From: Octopus vulgaris
Taxonomy: Eukaryota
NCBI GenBank assembly: GCA_951406725.2
Contig: OX597816.1
Span: 96,410,001 to 96,474,000 of the forward strand
Reading direction: 5' to 3'
DNA: 64,000 nucleotides
The translations under genes were made by a program, and so were the position numbers. Each line of letters begins with the position of its first letter. The stretch's first letter is position 1. A model generated the notes under the pieces. It was not told the origin of the DNA. It searched no databases and worked only from the letters and a program-made list of their open reading frames with translations. Below, one piece after another: positions 1-13,700 of the stretch.

Positions 1-149
1 ATGGGATATAAACAGAATCATGTGTTTACTTGTAGCACAGTCAAGAGTTGGGAATGAAATCGTTTAAGATGGAGGACTGTGTAAAAGCTTGCATGTTAAT
101 AGAGTGTCTACCAGTTATATATAATGTGGTGCACTGATTCTTCCAGAGT

Positions 150-1480
150 TCATCAAACCGCAGCTTCTGTCCACTTAGCACTACACCAGGTTGCACTACT
201 TCTTCTCGGGTTCACATTCCTCAACTTCTCTTGCCTTCATAGCTAACTTGATGCTTTTCCATCTACCGACCCCTGAAAAAGCCAGCGTGCAGCGTGTTGC
301 AAGCTCTGCAGAGAGACTGGCTAACAACCTCTACATCTCACATCAATGTGAGCACATCTCATATCAATGCGCTTGCCAGCAATTATTTAGTCATAACTCA
401 ACCAGCCCAGCTAAAATGGAATCAAGAGTTCTAAAGAGCCATCAGACTGGATGCTTCCAATGTTTGTAGCGAGTCTTACCTTAGCGACGATAAGTGACAG
501 TTTCTAGGAACTCCAGCTGCTTCCCAGGTCAACTTCCAGCTCCCATTCTTGTTTAGTTATTGATTGGCCCGGGGTGGTGGTTATGGTTGCTAAAGTCTTC
601 CCACTAGCAAAAAGCAATATGCCTCTTCGTCGAGCGGAGATATCTATACTGGCTAACATTACTGCGGATGGTGTATGTTATGAATTTCAGGATCTGGCCG
701 CGCATTCTTCTCCCAGATAACATTAAGGAAGTGCTCCAAGATTTCTATTAGACGCAAGTGGAAAGGTGGTGATTCCATCTTTCCCTAGCAGAATAAGTTT
801 TATAGGCTCAGCGGGAGGTCGTAAACTGACAGAGACAGGAATTTTATCCAGTGTAGCGCCGTTCTCCTAAGTTCAGGCAGTGGACCTTTGTATGTCACCG
901 CTTGCTCCCATCTTAAGCGACCAACCTGGTACCGCATTAAAACAATCTTGTTGATTCACTTCTTCTCAATCGACCCTCTCACCACATTTTAGAGCAGTTT
1001 GCTCCTTACACGTTTTCCTTGTACCTTGTCATAGCAAGGTGTTGCGCTAACATCCAGGACAACCCTTCTACGAGGTACAATTCTCACTAACACTCTAAGT
1101 CTTAGCCAAAATTCTGCAAACATACAGCCTCTGCTGCTCTCCACTTACATCCTAGCCTGATCCCAATATCATACTGAGAAACTTTTATCTCGGTGTTGTA
1201 ACATCTACTCAGGACGGTTGACATTGATTTCTTCTTTCAGAGTGATAATAAGGAGTTTTAACTTGTTATACTGCCCATACAGAGATATGCTGCTCAGGGC
1301 CCTAGAAAGTCCCAGCTATTTACGCAGAAATCTGTTGACTCTCCTCTCATAGATCACGTGGACATTGGTACCTTATACAGCGTAGCCAAAGAATCTGCGA
1401 TGGGATCCATATTGGTCAATCCAATCGTTAGGGCTTGCCAGGTGAACCCGACTTTTCTACTGTGCGTAACCAGGCTTCCA
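150..1480 (-). mobile_element. Degraded HERO-like (R2 group, RLE endonuclease) non-LTR retrotransposon, 3' half
   Basis: Minus-strand pieces KSGSPGKP, LYKVPMST, VNRFLRK*LGLSRALSSISLYGQYNKLKL, IKFLSLSVYDL, WELEVDLG..QLEF and DVRCRG resemble HERO RT-thumb/RLE motifs in the expected order. Many stops and frameshifts. Confidence 0.7.
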
Positions 1481-1517
1481 ATATATATATGTACGCACGC
1501 ACACACACACACACACA

Positions 1518-1571
<54 letters not shown>

Positions 1572-1709
1572 AACACGCATGAAATACACATACATACATA
1601 CATACATACATAATACATACATTCATAATCGTTAGAGGTGGTCAGGAAAATTGCTTTGCGGGGAAATCTCCATAAGATCAACGATAAACTTTGGCTTTCT
1701 TTCTTTAGG

Positions 1710-1753
<44 letters not shown>

Positions 1754-1909
1754 CACACATACATGTCTATGTATGTATGTATGTGCTAGTGTATGCACGT
1801 CCACACCTTTGCTTAACTCCGGATTTGAAATCAAGGAGCAGACCCATAACCAAAAGGTCGTGCAACTGAAAAAAAAATGAGTTCTCGCTTGATCGTATGA
1901 ATAAGTTTG

Positions 1910-1942
<33 letters not shown>

Positions 1943-2297
1943 GTTCCAATGTATATATTTTTATCTCTCTATATTTGCATATATAGCGCCAGATAATTAC
2001 AATTATGCAATGTTATTACCAGTTCGAATTTGCCAGTAGCGCCTTCGAACTCGTAAAGAAGCCATTCACTCTGTTTTGAATGGAAAAAATTTATCGCTAT
2101 AGACAAATGGTAATTACAATTGTATATAAACGCAAAAGAATTATTAACTGAAAAAATAAAAAATTTTCAAGAGTGGCATCGATCTTTTGAAACTGTCCTG
2201 AAACTGTTGGAAGGGCTTTCCAAAAAATTTGTGTCACTGTTGCCTTTAACATGCATTACACCACACACACACACACACACACACACGTACACATACT

Positions 2298-2610
2298 GGA
2301 TCACCGTAGGTTACGACTACGTGGGTCCCAGTTGATCCGATCAAGGAAACAAACGGCTCGTGAAGTTAACGTGCAAGTGATTGAGCACTACACCGTCACG
2401 CGTGCCCTTATCATAGTTCTCAGGTAGATTCAGCTTGACGCAAAATGTGACAGGGCTGGCCCTTTGAAATGCAGACACTACTCAATTTTGCCAGCTGAGT
2501 AAACTGGAGCAACGTGAGATAAAATGTCTTGCTCAACGCGGTGCCGAGTATCCAACACAACACAGCGCCAGGTATCGAACTCACGACCTTGCGATTATGA
2601 ACCGATCCAC
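2298..2610 (-). mobile_element. tRNA-derived SINE family C (copies also at ~5340-5565 -, 13583-13790 +, 20546-20800 +)
   Basis: Shared ttgagcaagaca..ttat(t/c)tcacgtt(g/a)c(t/c)cc(a/t)gtt(t/c)actcagctg core after a tRNA-like head. Confidence 0.75.
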
Positions 2611-2626
2611 GCATCTTCATATCGCA

Positions 2627-2658
<32 letters not shown>

Positions 2659-3277
2659 CACACACATTCAGACGCACTCCTGTACATATATACACAAAAC
2701 CACCAGATCCTCAGGTGTTTTTGGCGGAGTCAAGGGAAATTTTTCGATACTTCAGAAAGTATTGACTATCCATTGAAACATAATGTAGTTCTATATATGA
2801 TGAAAATTATCATATGAAAATTCTTTATATGATAAAAATTATGGCGGTCACCATTGGATTGTCTTTGATCATGTATGGTTTTGCAAGTAAAAAGAACCAA
2901 AACAACAGGATTAATTTTGTACACTAACAACCATAATAATCAATAGCCGTTCGTGTGTGTTTCGGTGTGCTCGCACTTATGTTTATCTATGTGAATTCTA
3001 TTCGATGGTGTTTTGCTCAGAATTTATGATATGAAATATCTGTCAAATGTAAATTAACAAATTTATGATACCTTACTTAATTCTACTCTAGGCATAGGAA
3101 TGAAATTCTCGGGAAGGGGCCAGTCGAATGCATCGATCCCTGTGCGTAGCTAGCACTTATTTTATCTATTTCGTATTAATTTGAACTGAAATCGTAAAGA
3201 ACTGATATAAATGTTGCTAAGCGTTTTGTCCGACGTGCTAACGATTCTGCTAGTTCGCTTCCCAATTGACTGAAGTA

Positions 3278-4390
3278 TGGGTCATCCCATAAATAATGCG
3301 GTTTTTTATACTTCTTTTCTTTTTCAAAATTAAGATGAAAATGTTGAAGGTTGCAGAATAAATGATAATGAGATGGGCAATGTTCAGTTAATATGGGGGG
3401 CGGGACATCGTTTCCAATTCAAACTGGACCAGCCTTTAGAATATCATCCTCACTGTATGTGGCCGAGCATTATCCTGATGGAAAAACATCTTTCGTCTTG
3501 AAACCAAAGATGGTCGTTTTTCTTCTCGTGGTGACTTAAGCCGTTGAACTAGCAGTAGATCTCCTCTGTTATCGGTTGGTTTGGGTTTAAATGTTCAAAG
3601 TGGACTAAACCTTTCATATCACACCAAATAGATAAAAACACCTTACGTGGGGGAAGACCTTCTTTAGCCTTGGGTGCCGGTGTTTCTCCTTTCCCTACCC
3701 ACTGTCTTCGGCGCTCATCATTCTTAGAGAGAGCCCATTTCTCGTCACCAACGACTATTCCGTCTAAGATAAATTCATTCGGGAGACGTAATAGCAAATA
3801 AGAACACACATTCACTCACTGCGCATGATTAGACTCGGAAAGTTTGTGAGGAACCCATTGACGCAATTTGTTGACTTTTCCGGTGGCAGGCAGATATCAA
3901 TGAAAGGTTGAATGACCAAATCCAAGCTATTTTGTTAGTTCCTCAACAGTTACGATGGGATTTTCTTTCCACCAGAGTTTGCAGGACGTCCTCGTTGAGC
4001 TCTACAGATCTTCCAGGATGAGGATCGTCTTCTAGGCTGTCGTTTCCGGCTCGGAATCTCTGGAACCACCGTTGACACTGGCTTATGCTTATTGACCGAT
4101 CCCCGTATACTGCGTTAATATTCCTCGCACTTTCTGTTGTTGCCTCAAGTGAATTCACAAAGCAAAATATGCAGAATATGCTCCTTTGTCACTTCCACAA
4201 TAGCTTTGCAAAAACAGTTTTAAAAAACAGTTAAAATCGAACTGCACTCTTCAAAATCTGTTCTAAGAATAGCACAAGGTAAAATTACTACTTGCTTTTA
4301 TAGCAAGTTGATGCAGGTAGTTTATCCAGAACCCCTCCAACATTTAGTTCCAGCAGTTGGAAAAAAACCCATTATTGATGGGATAAGCCA
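3278..4390 (-). mobile_element. Mariner DNA transposon, defective (transposase pseudogene ~4198..3335)
   Basis: Imperfect ~28-bp TIRs (tgggtcatcccataaataatgcggtttt / aaaacccattattgatgggataagcca), TA on the left. Fragments include HTH ARNINAVYGDRSISISQCQRWFQRFRAG..LEDDPHPGR, IVVGDEKW, KVFLSIWCDMKGLVHFEHL and a degenerate PPYSPDLAP-like region. C-terminus deleted. Confidence 0.92.
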
Positions 4391-5943
4391 ATGGTACAGA
4401 ACAAAACGGATTCTGTAAAGAATCACATCTACCGAGGATTTGAATCTGCAGTAAATGAGCCCACTGCTACATTGTTCATATAGAAGACATTTTTGAGAGA
4501 TGTTAGTAAAAGACAGGCACCGTTTCAATGTAGCAAAGATCTATTGCAGTTCGTACGAACTAAAGTGAAAAGATTTATTGCTGTAGATCAGGATATTAGA
4601 ATAAACAGCCAAATGTCCCTGCTTTATAGAATAAAGGCACAGTGGACTTGAGAAAAATAAAGTGGGGCCGGATAGTCATTATTCTAAAACTTTTAATTAG
4701 AGATTTAGTCAATCAGAGCTGACCAACAGCCTTGCAACAACGAATTCTTATTGAGGACTTTACTGTTGCGGGTGAAGGTGGAAGTGGTGGTGGAAGTGGT
4801 AGTGTGTGGAGCCAAGTTCAACTGTGACACGCAAATCAAGGTTGAACGGGTTACAGCGGAATAAGTGCGCAATACACAGATCTGTTATTCCAGATACCAC
4901 ATACCCATGCTGAGCCAATGACTTCCATACTGCAGGCTCCAACACCTAATGTTGAATTGCATGACATGCAGAATCAAAATCTGGACGTCATATCCAGATA
5001 TTTCAATTATTTTCCTACGCCGATATAGACCATTCCAGTCTATATTGATTCACCGAATTAATGATTGATGTGGTGTTCATTTCTTACATTAATGTAATAC
5101 AATAAGCTACTGTAAAGAATCAAACTTGACTCATGGTCTTCGCAGGGAGTTCGTGTGATATATTCCTGTCAAGACAAAGACGAAAAATCCTTAAAGCAAC
5201 AGACGTTCTGAGTTCAAGTAGCGCCGAGGTTAACTTTGTCCTTCCGGAGGAAAATAAAAATGTTTCTGTATGTATGCGCGTGTATGTATTTGTGTTTGTA
5301 TGTCTGTATTAATACTGTTTTGCGTCCTGAGACTCATATGGCCAGTTACTCGGATTCCCTGGCGTATAAGTGACCGAAGTCACATGACTCACTTCGACGG
5401 GACGCCAGTGCGTTTCAGAATTATTCATTTACAACTGAACGCACTGGACCAACATGTAATGAACTGATTTCTCGATAAGACAACGCACTACCCTGTCAGA
5501 GAATCGAAACTAAAATTTTGCGATCTTGGTTGCATCACCCTAACCACTACACCGCGCGCCTTCACGCATGTGTGTGTGTGTGTGGTGTGTGTGTGTGTGT
5601 GCAGAACTTTACAATACGTTACTTAGCCGGAATGATTTATTATTTTCATTTTTACTTTTAGCCAGCCTGAACCATCTCTGCAAAAAAAAAAAAATTGTTC
5701 TGCAAATCAATAGTTTACAAGACATTCGCAAATGTATAAATACAGAGTAAAGCTTAAACTATTGGATAAAATAAAGAACGCATATATTTTGAAGTTTCAG
5801 CTGTGGTAACATTCTGTACTCCAAATAATTTTCTTAAATAGTTAATAACTTTAAAAACAAATATCTTTTTAAATATTGTGACTGTATCAAATTATGTTCG
5901 TATTTGTTAAAAAGGACTTCTCAATATATATATATAAACATAT

Positions 5944-6325
5944 AGGCGCAGCAAAATGGCTGTGTGGTATTGCTTCCCAACCCTGCCGTTACGGGATCTG
6001 AGTTCAAATTCCGGTACCTTGGTCGTCTTGTCTTCTGCTTTCATCGTGCTGTGATTTGAAACCAATATTGAGTGGATTTGGTAGATGGAAACTGAAAGAA
6101 GCCCGTCGTATTTATATGTGTGTGTGTGTGTTTGTGCTGTCCTTATTCTCACTACCTGCTGAGATAACTTGATGACTGATGTTGGTGTGTTTACATCCCC
6201 GTAACTTAACGGCTCGGCAAAAGACACCGTGTAGGACTCTCAGCTCCATCCTGGGGTTGATTTGTTCGACTAAAGGCTGTGCTGCAGCATGGTCGCATTC
6301 AGATGACTGAAAAGAGTAAAAGAAT
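5944..6325 (+). mobile_element. SINE family B copy
   Basis: Same head/core/tail as 29845-30482. Confidence 0.8.
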
Positions 6326-6854
6326 AAAGGAGTATAGATAGATATAAGTATCCGTTTACTGTCAACTATCGGGAAAATGCGTACTCAATACCCTAGTTGA
6401 TATGAATAATATTTTGTTTGGTGGAGTCAGTCTCTTGGTACTCTGAATTTTATCCGAGAGTGCACAGGGTTTTCTGGACAAACCATCACCATAACTTGCC
6501 TTGCAAACCCAGTGCTGTGAAACTCAGAGTTGTAAGAGACTGACTCGTTACGGTTGAAAATCCACGTCACAGAATACATCAGAGTATACCCAACCTCGAA
6601 CTGCCTTCCAGCCCTCGTACATCCCAAATGCAAGCAAGTTATTGTTTTCGTTTTTTCTTTGGTCAACCAAACCTTGTTGAACCCAATATATTCTGGGGCA
6701 TAAACTTTCAAAGGGTCATCGATCATTAGCCTGGTCTTTACCAAAAGTTTTGTCTTTTGCGGGGTAGCTGCTCGCGATTTAGCATTTTATTAATGTTCTA
6801 GGTTATTTATTATTTATATTGGTTAGTTATCCATTGCTGTTTTCTAACCATTAT

Positions 6855-6952
6855 GAGGCGCAGTTGTGTGGTAAGAACTTGCTTCCCACAATGGTTTCGG
6901 GATAGTCTCACTTGGGTCGTGCACGTCATCGTTTCGGATTCCTCAGTTTTTG

Positions 6953-7022
<70 letters not shown>

Positions 7023-7220
7023 ATGTGTTTTATGTGTGCTTATTTTTCCGGCCAACCTCGGCAGACCCTTCTTTAGCGTCTATTTTGTTTCTATGCGTGC
7101 AAGATGATCTCACTCAACTGAAAAGTAGTGTATTTCGACTTCTTGACCCTGTTCGTTGGTTGCGACTAAAGGCTGTGCTGCAGCATGGTCGCATTCAGAT
7201 GACTGAAAAGAGTAAAAGAA
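6855..7220 (+). mobile_element. SINE family B copy, diverged
   Basis: Head ggcgcagttgtgtggtaagaacttgcttccc, internal (TG)n, family tail. Confidence 0.7.
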
Positions 7221-7539
7221 CTAAAGGTGTGATAACTGTAGACTCCCATGGCCTTCCGCTCTTGCTGTTGCTGTTTGTCAACTTTCGGATGTAGCGCTTA
7301 CCCTTCTTTGTAGAAAAAAAAATTAAATCAGTCTTGTTACCAAATATTTAACGACTGGGTTTTTCCACTGGGCACCACCAGCTTTAGAACCCATGTTGCA
7401 TTTATCTTATCCTCAGGGAAAGCTAAATTTACTAAATTAATTACTTAGTTATATCTTGTTTATTAGTACAAAACCAGCAATGAAAATTGCATAAGGTAAA
7501 AAAAAAAACGAAAAGAAAAAGATAAAAAGAAACAAATAA

Positions 7540-7752
7540 TCTTTTCTACTCTAGGCACAAGGATCGAAATTTTGGGGGAAGGGGCCAATCGATTAGATCA
7601 TCCCAGTACGCAACTGGTACTTAATTTATCGATCTCGAAAGGATGAAAGGTAAAATCGACCTCGGAGCAATTTGAGCTCAGAACACAAAGACAAACGAAA
7701 TACATCTAAGCATTTTGCCTGGCGTGCTAACGATTCTGCCAGCTCGCCGCCT
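7540..7752 (-). mobile_element. SINE family A, older subfamily monomer (other degraded copies at ~3080-3260, 28230-28420, 28520-28685, 52980-53160)
   Basis: aactggtacttaatttatcga..gaaaggatgaaagg..cgacctcgg..cgtgctaacgattctgccagctcgccgcc, with the older tail tactctaggcacaagg..gaaattttggggg. Confidence 0.85.
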
Positions 7753-10700
7753 GGAAAAATAGAAAACAGATAATGAAGCAATAAAAGCTTAATTTTGCTG
7801 CTCACGTATCTCTCATCTCCGGTGTAATTATGGACGTATAAACGTAATTCGGTGACCAGTTATATAAGCGTTAATTTCATATAAACCGATCGCTTAGCAT
7901 GTATCTGTTAACCTAGGAGCTTGTCAATAACGAATTATACAGCCACTAACCTATCATGTAATCTCATTTGTAAAATTTTTTACTATCATTTCCAAGTGTT
8001 ACTAATGAACAATATCTCTTTCGGAAAAGTTCAATCTATAATGGCAGTGTCTGAAATACTTATTTTTGAATTCTTTATTTTCTGTGTGAATTGAATTAAG
8101 GAAAGAAGGAAGCAAAAGTGTGCCTGTGAGAGTTGGTGAAACAGAGTGGATTGAAAGGGGGCGCTGAAATATAGACAGAGAGGCAGAGAGAGGTAAAGAA
8201 AAAGCAGTTATCAAGTTCAGAAAGCGTTGGGGTACTCCCTGAAGAACTATCCGCCCACGTCTTGACGAAAACGGACTGTAGACCAAAAAACGTAATTCTT
8301 ACAAAATCGCAAAAATAAAGAGTTCACTGCAGCAACCTAGCGGTAAGATTGTGCATTGTAAGTTTTCTGATAGTTCTCATTGTCGTCTGTAAATCAATGA
8401 TGGTTAAACCATGAGGCAGAATGCAATACAGGGAAAGAAATATCGTCTTAACCCACGTACTTGTCTTAATGAAAATAATGATTAAACGGACGCTAAATTC
8501 GAATCCAATGTAATAATGTCCAAATACTGACTTCTATAAACGAGAGCACCTACTTGATGCAACAGTGTTCCACGATGTAGTCACTCGACCTTTTAGAAAT
8601 AGCATCAACATTTCTCTTTTTAATATTTCAAAAGCAGGAAGTTTTGGTTAACCTTATCTTGGATAAACTGCTTGAAAATAAATTGAAATATTCATAGCTG
8701 AAACCCTTTGATCATAGATTCACTTGATTTGAATTTAGCTAAGGGTAAACGACAACGACGACGACGACAACTATTGGCAATTTTCAAATATTTACTACTT
8801 AGGGTAGATGAAGAACTAAATCCACTTTGCCTTGGATTGAATTTATTACGTAGAGCAGCGATACCACATGATCATATTGCGGTGTTTCACCATTTCAACG
8901 AAATCTCTTCTACTTTTAGGGGCTTAGAATTGTTGCTCTGATATAAGTATGAGCAACTACTTATTGAAATATGAATAAAGTGGATATGGAGAGCACAACT
9001 TCACGCAAAATATTTCTGGCAGAAATAAATGCATCGTTTCGTATATTTGCCACATAGGATTCTTACTCTGTACCTGCGGCTCTCCCCATTCAAACACACA
9101 CACGCGCGCACAAAGATGTATATACATATGTGTGTGTATGTGTGTATGCGTGTATGCATGCATGATTACTCCTGTAATTACTCCAGGTAACATATAATCC
9201 TGTACAATCTGTTACATGCTCATGCCAAATCAATACGACTTACGCCTACCATGTTAAACCGATTATGTAGATTATAAGAAAGCATACAAGATAGTCAAAG
9301 GCAGAGAAAAATACAACGCTTAATCAAGCAACAGAACGCGTGGTATATAAAAACCCAGATAGTGAATGATTGCATTGTGAGATCCCTTGGGGAAAGATGT
9401 GCCTTTGTAAGAAAATTTGTCTCAGAGGTGGCAACAGAAGGCTTCATAACCGATGCGAGCTCTAGCTCGAAAAGGGAAATCTCTCAATTTAAACCCTTTC
9501 TATTTTGTAAGCATTTTCGGTTGGGAAAAGAAACGAAGAAACGGCATGGCATATTCTGATATAAATCCTGTGTTTAGAATGGCCAGGTTGTTTCATATTT
9601 TTGTACCATTAATCACTTCTTTCGTTACTCAAAACTGGAATGTATGTTGTACAATCTCAATTCACAACTACCAAATGATCGTTTTGGTAATACCTTATTT
9701 TCTTCCGATTTCCACTGGCAATGGGAACTTTTTTAAGCTCCTTGTGATGGAACTTTTGGTGGCGTGTACAGGTTTAACATACTAGGTGTATGCAATGGGA
9801 ACCCTGCACATAGGCAGCCCTGATCATATAGTAAATGATACTATAGGTATCTTCATGGTTTCTTCTTGGTTGCCGGATATAATTCATTGAAATTCTGGAT
9901 GACCATGCAGTCCTTTGTAGATCTGCACTTCTTGCTCACAAGCATGTGAATGGGCTCGAAAAGGTACCCCAAACAAACGTGAATTTTCAAAAAGCGTAAG
10001 ATGTCTTCTCGGGATTAATAAGTCATAAAGAGGACTAGTAGGAATCAGAGTGTGATCACCATTGAAGTATAGACAAAGGGCAAACAAACACGTATATACT
10101 AAACAGACTAGCGGTGAGAGAAATAAGAGTATAAATACAATTTTTTGTTTTGAGGGGCGGAAAAAAGGATAAAGATGACTCTCCTTGCGAACCGTTTAAC
10201 AGACTTTTGACGGCTCTTCTATAAATAATCACTCGGTTTTCTTGCTACTCAGAAGCACAGAATACTCAGCCATAAAAATATAGCAGTCACGATTTTGGAA
10301 ATTACCTTACTTAGTATAGTTGAGCTTTTCGCAGCTCATAGTTGATTTTAAAATGTACGATTTATACATAGTACAGACCTTTTATGCCTATATCTATCAG
10401 TCTGTATACACACACACACACACACACACACACGCACGCACACACAACTGGCTTACGTAGTTTCCCCTCATCGTAACCTCAGCCCGAAACAATGATAGAA
10501 CGCAATTGGCGAAGGTGACGTACACTGAGTGAACCTCAGTACTATCTGACCGCATAGTTAATCACCACATCGTACAGTCACACTTGGATCAGAATATTTG
10601 TTATCAGAGAACTTAGCTTTGACTCTGTTGTCAGGCTTCTTTGTTTTACATCATTGTCATAGTTTCAAATTTGGTCGGGAAAGTTATTCTTAACAAACCT

Positions 10701-13700
10701 ACCGGAGCTATCAGTTGTTGGTACTTGTTAAAAATATCAATTAAATATCCCTACTATCTGTAAAACACTGAAGCTATTATTCATAACCGTATTCTAAATA
10801 CACACTGTATCTAGAAAAATATAAAACGTTATGGGCATAGCAAGAACTCCTTTGTTCAGAGATTTATTCCATCAGCGCTTATCACACCATCAACACTAAC
10901 AACAACAACAACAACAACAACAATAACAACAATTAACTAGTATTGTAGTAAATCCTGAAAGCATTGATAGAATCACACTGGAATTCCGACGAATGAACAT
11001 CCAGTTGTTCGATGAACTAGAAATATTTCTCATTGAATTAACGTCCAATATGGCTGAGTATTCAGCATGCTCGTCTTCTCTTAATGTAATTTTCAGAGAC
11101 AATCAGTGTGATCTTTGAATTACAGACACCGTTCAACGAACGGGCACCTGTACAGTTTCCGCCCATCGAAATTCACGTAAAAGCTTGCGTCGACCCACAC
11201 TCGTTCAATATGCCACACGGTGGGATTGAACACGAGACCTCATGGCTGCAAAGCGAACTTCTTGACTCCTCGGCTATAGATACGTCCATCCCTAATGCAT
11301 AAAAGTTATTTTGAATTTTAATGTATTTTTCTCATTTTAATTCTCAGCACATTCTATTCATTTTCTGTTTCACTATTTAATACTCATTGGATCAGCAACA
11401 TCACGTCTTTATAAAAACGGTATTAGTTCAGTAATTAATTATATCAAATAAGCTTCATCGGAGTTTAAATACATACATGGATATGTATCTCATATAGCAT
11501 TATAATACGTGATATGTGGATGCTAAAATGCGTAAGAGTTGTAAGTGTTAGAGAGAAAAGTAATAAAAAATGGTTAATAGATTATGCTACTGATAAGTTA
11601 AGTAGTCATCAATATAATTGAGGATTATGCAGCTTAGCTGATTTATGTTCTATATATGTTCTATATACATACATATAAATAAGTAAACATTGTACATACA
11701 TACTTATATACATAACTGATTGCATATATCTGCTGTATATTTTGCTTTACTTCCTAATGAACCACGATATTTTACTAACTTTAGAAAGCGGATGCGGGAA
11801 CTTCTACTTTGGTTTTCGACTAGCTAGGGATAACAATCAAACTTCACTCATATCACACTCTGCTGTCTTGGAAAAGAACATTCCATGCCAATGGAAAAAA
11901 CGGGATTGTCACAGCGGGAACGCCTTAGACGATAAGACAAACCCATACAAAGATAGCGTAGGTCTAAATAGCTGCCAAAACAAATATCATATAATGTTCT
12001 GTGTATTACTTCTCTCTAGCAAATCTTAATCACGGGGCTTCGGTCAAATTGAGAGTTTAGAAGAAGATATCGTGCAGTGTAATTGAACCCCGAACCACAC
12101 AATTATATTCGCTATTTTGGGGGTTATGTATTTGTATTCTTATCTGATCACTTACTGAGAAATAAATTCCAATATTTATGGAGCAAAGGGCAAGGACGTT
12201 TAATTTCCATATTGGTTTCTTACGGCATTAGCGAGGCAAGGGAGATATTTGCATCCCAGTGTGTATCAAACTACTAGACGATATCCAATTTCCTATAACT
12301 TACAACCCTGCCCCATTCAGTAATCTTAACTAACATAAAGCATCTTGATTATATTAGTATTTATGTAAATCTAATTTCGTTATTCAACACTCAGCGAGTA
12401 AAGCCTCAGGATACAAGCAATAAATTTCGTATTGCTTTACTAGTTGCCACGGAGTGATATAACAAGTTAATACCATCATATCAGCAAACGTTATATTTAT
12501 GAAGTTTGAAAATGTGATTATTACTACAGAAATGATACTAATCCAAACCAATATATTCATAACTAATTCGTTAGCCATGATAAATTAGTTAAATCCTTTG
12601 ATTTGACAATAAGCTAAATTTAGCGTGAAATCTATGAGGTAGTCAAATTTAAGACGTGGTTGATATAGCAATTTGGATTTGTAAAGAGAACAGCTCCCCG
12701 GATACTTCGATATTTATGTCTATACCATTAGCAATTTATAAGTCTTTCTTTGTCTCCTTATTTGTCTCTTTCTTTCCTTCCTTCTTTCTTTCTTTCTTTC
12801 TTTTTTTTTCTCTCTCTCTATCTGTCTCTCCCTCACTCTCTCCCTCCCCTCTAATCATAAAACTACTCTATCTTTAATGTTGTAAAATGGTTTTTATAAA
12901 GTATGTATTTAAAGCTTTACTTGACAGCAAACATACGTCAGTGAATCCAGTCGTTACAATACGTATGTTCAGTGTGTTTGTTACGAAGGCACTTAATTCA
13001 AATTACCCAATTCATGTTCTCAATGAATTAGAGAGGAAACCTCTACACACTCGTTCGTACGACCTGCTAGAAATAATAGCCAACACTACCTCAAATTATA
13101 TATACTGTATTAAAAAAACTAAATAATACAGCTCTAGATACCTCGTAAAACACAAAGCAGTCAAGGGTGAAATGTTTTCAAAAAGGTTGTGAAATTAAGA
13201 GTCACCTAACCAATTTTCGGTTATCTGAAAGAATGCAAGCCATACATTCATGTGTGTCTCTTCTGTTTTCAATCATTTAAATTCTTCATCTGAAGAAGGA
13301 GCTGATACAATGCTTCATCTCTGGAATATAGATAGCGAAAACAATGTCAGGTTGTACATATGTTTGTATGTATGTATGTATGTATGTATGTATGTATGTA
13401 TGTATGTATGTATCTATGCATGTATGTATGTATGTTTGTTTGTACGTATGCATGTATGTATATATGTATGTATGTATGTATCTACCTTAACCACGCGTGT
13501 ATGACCTGTTAGCTCGTGTCATACTTTTGATAATAATTTTAGGTTCCTGTATTGAAGCGAGAAGACATAGACACTCTCGAAGTAGGCCGTGGTTAGGGTC
13601 TTGTGTTGGGTTCACAATCATAAGGTCAATAGTTGAATCCTTGGACTTGGTGGTGGGTTGTCTCCGCAAGCAAGATAAATCGTTTCACATTGCTCCAGTT

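Noticed and set aside
10940-11118. Frames open on both strands for about 60 codons
   Set aside because: No convincing splice sites or motif; compatible with chance.
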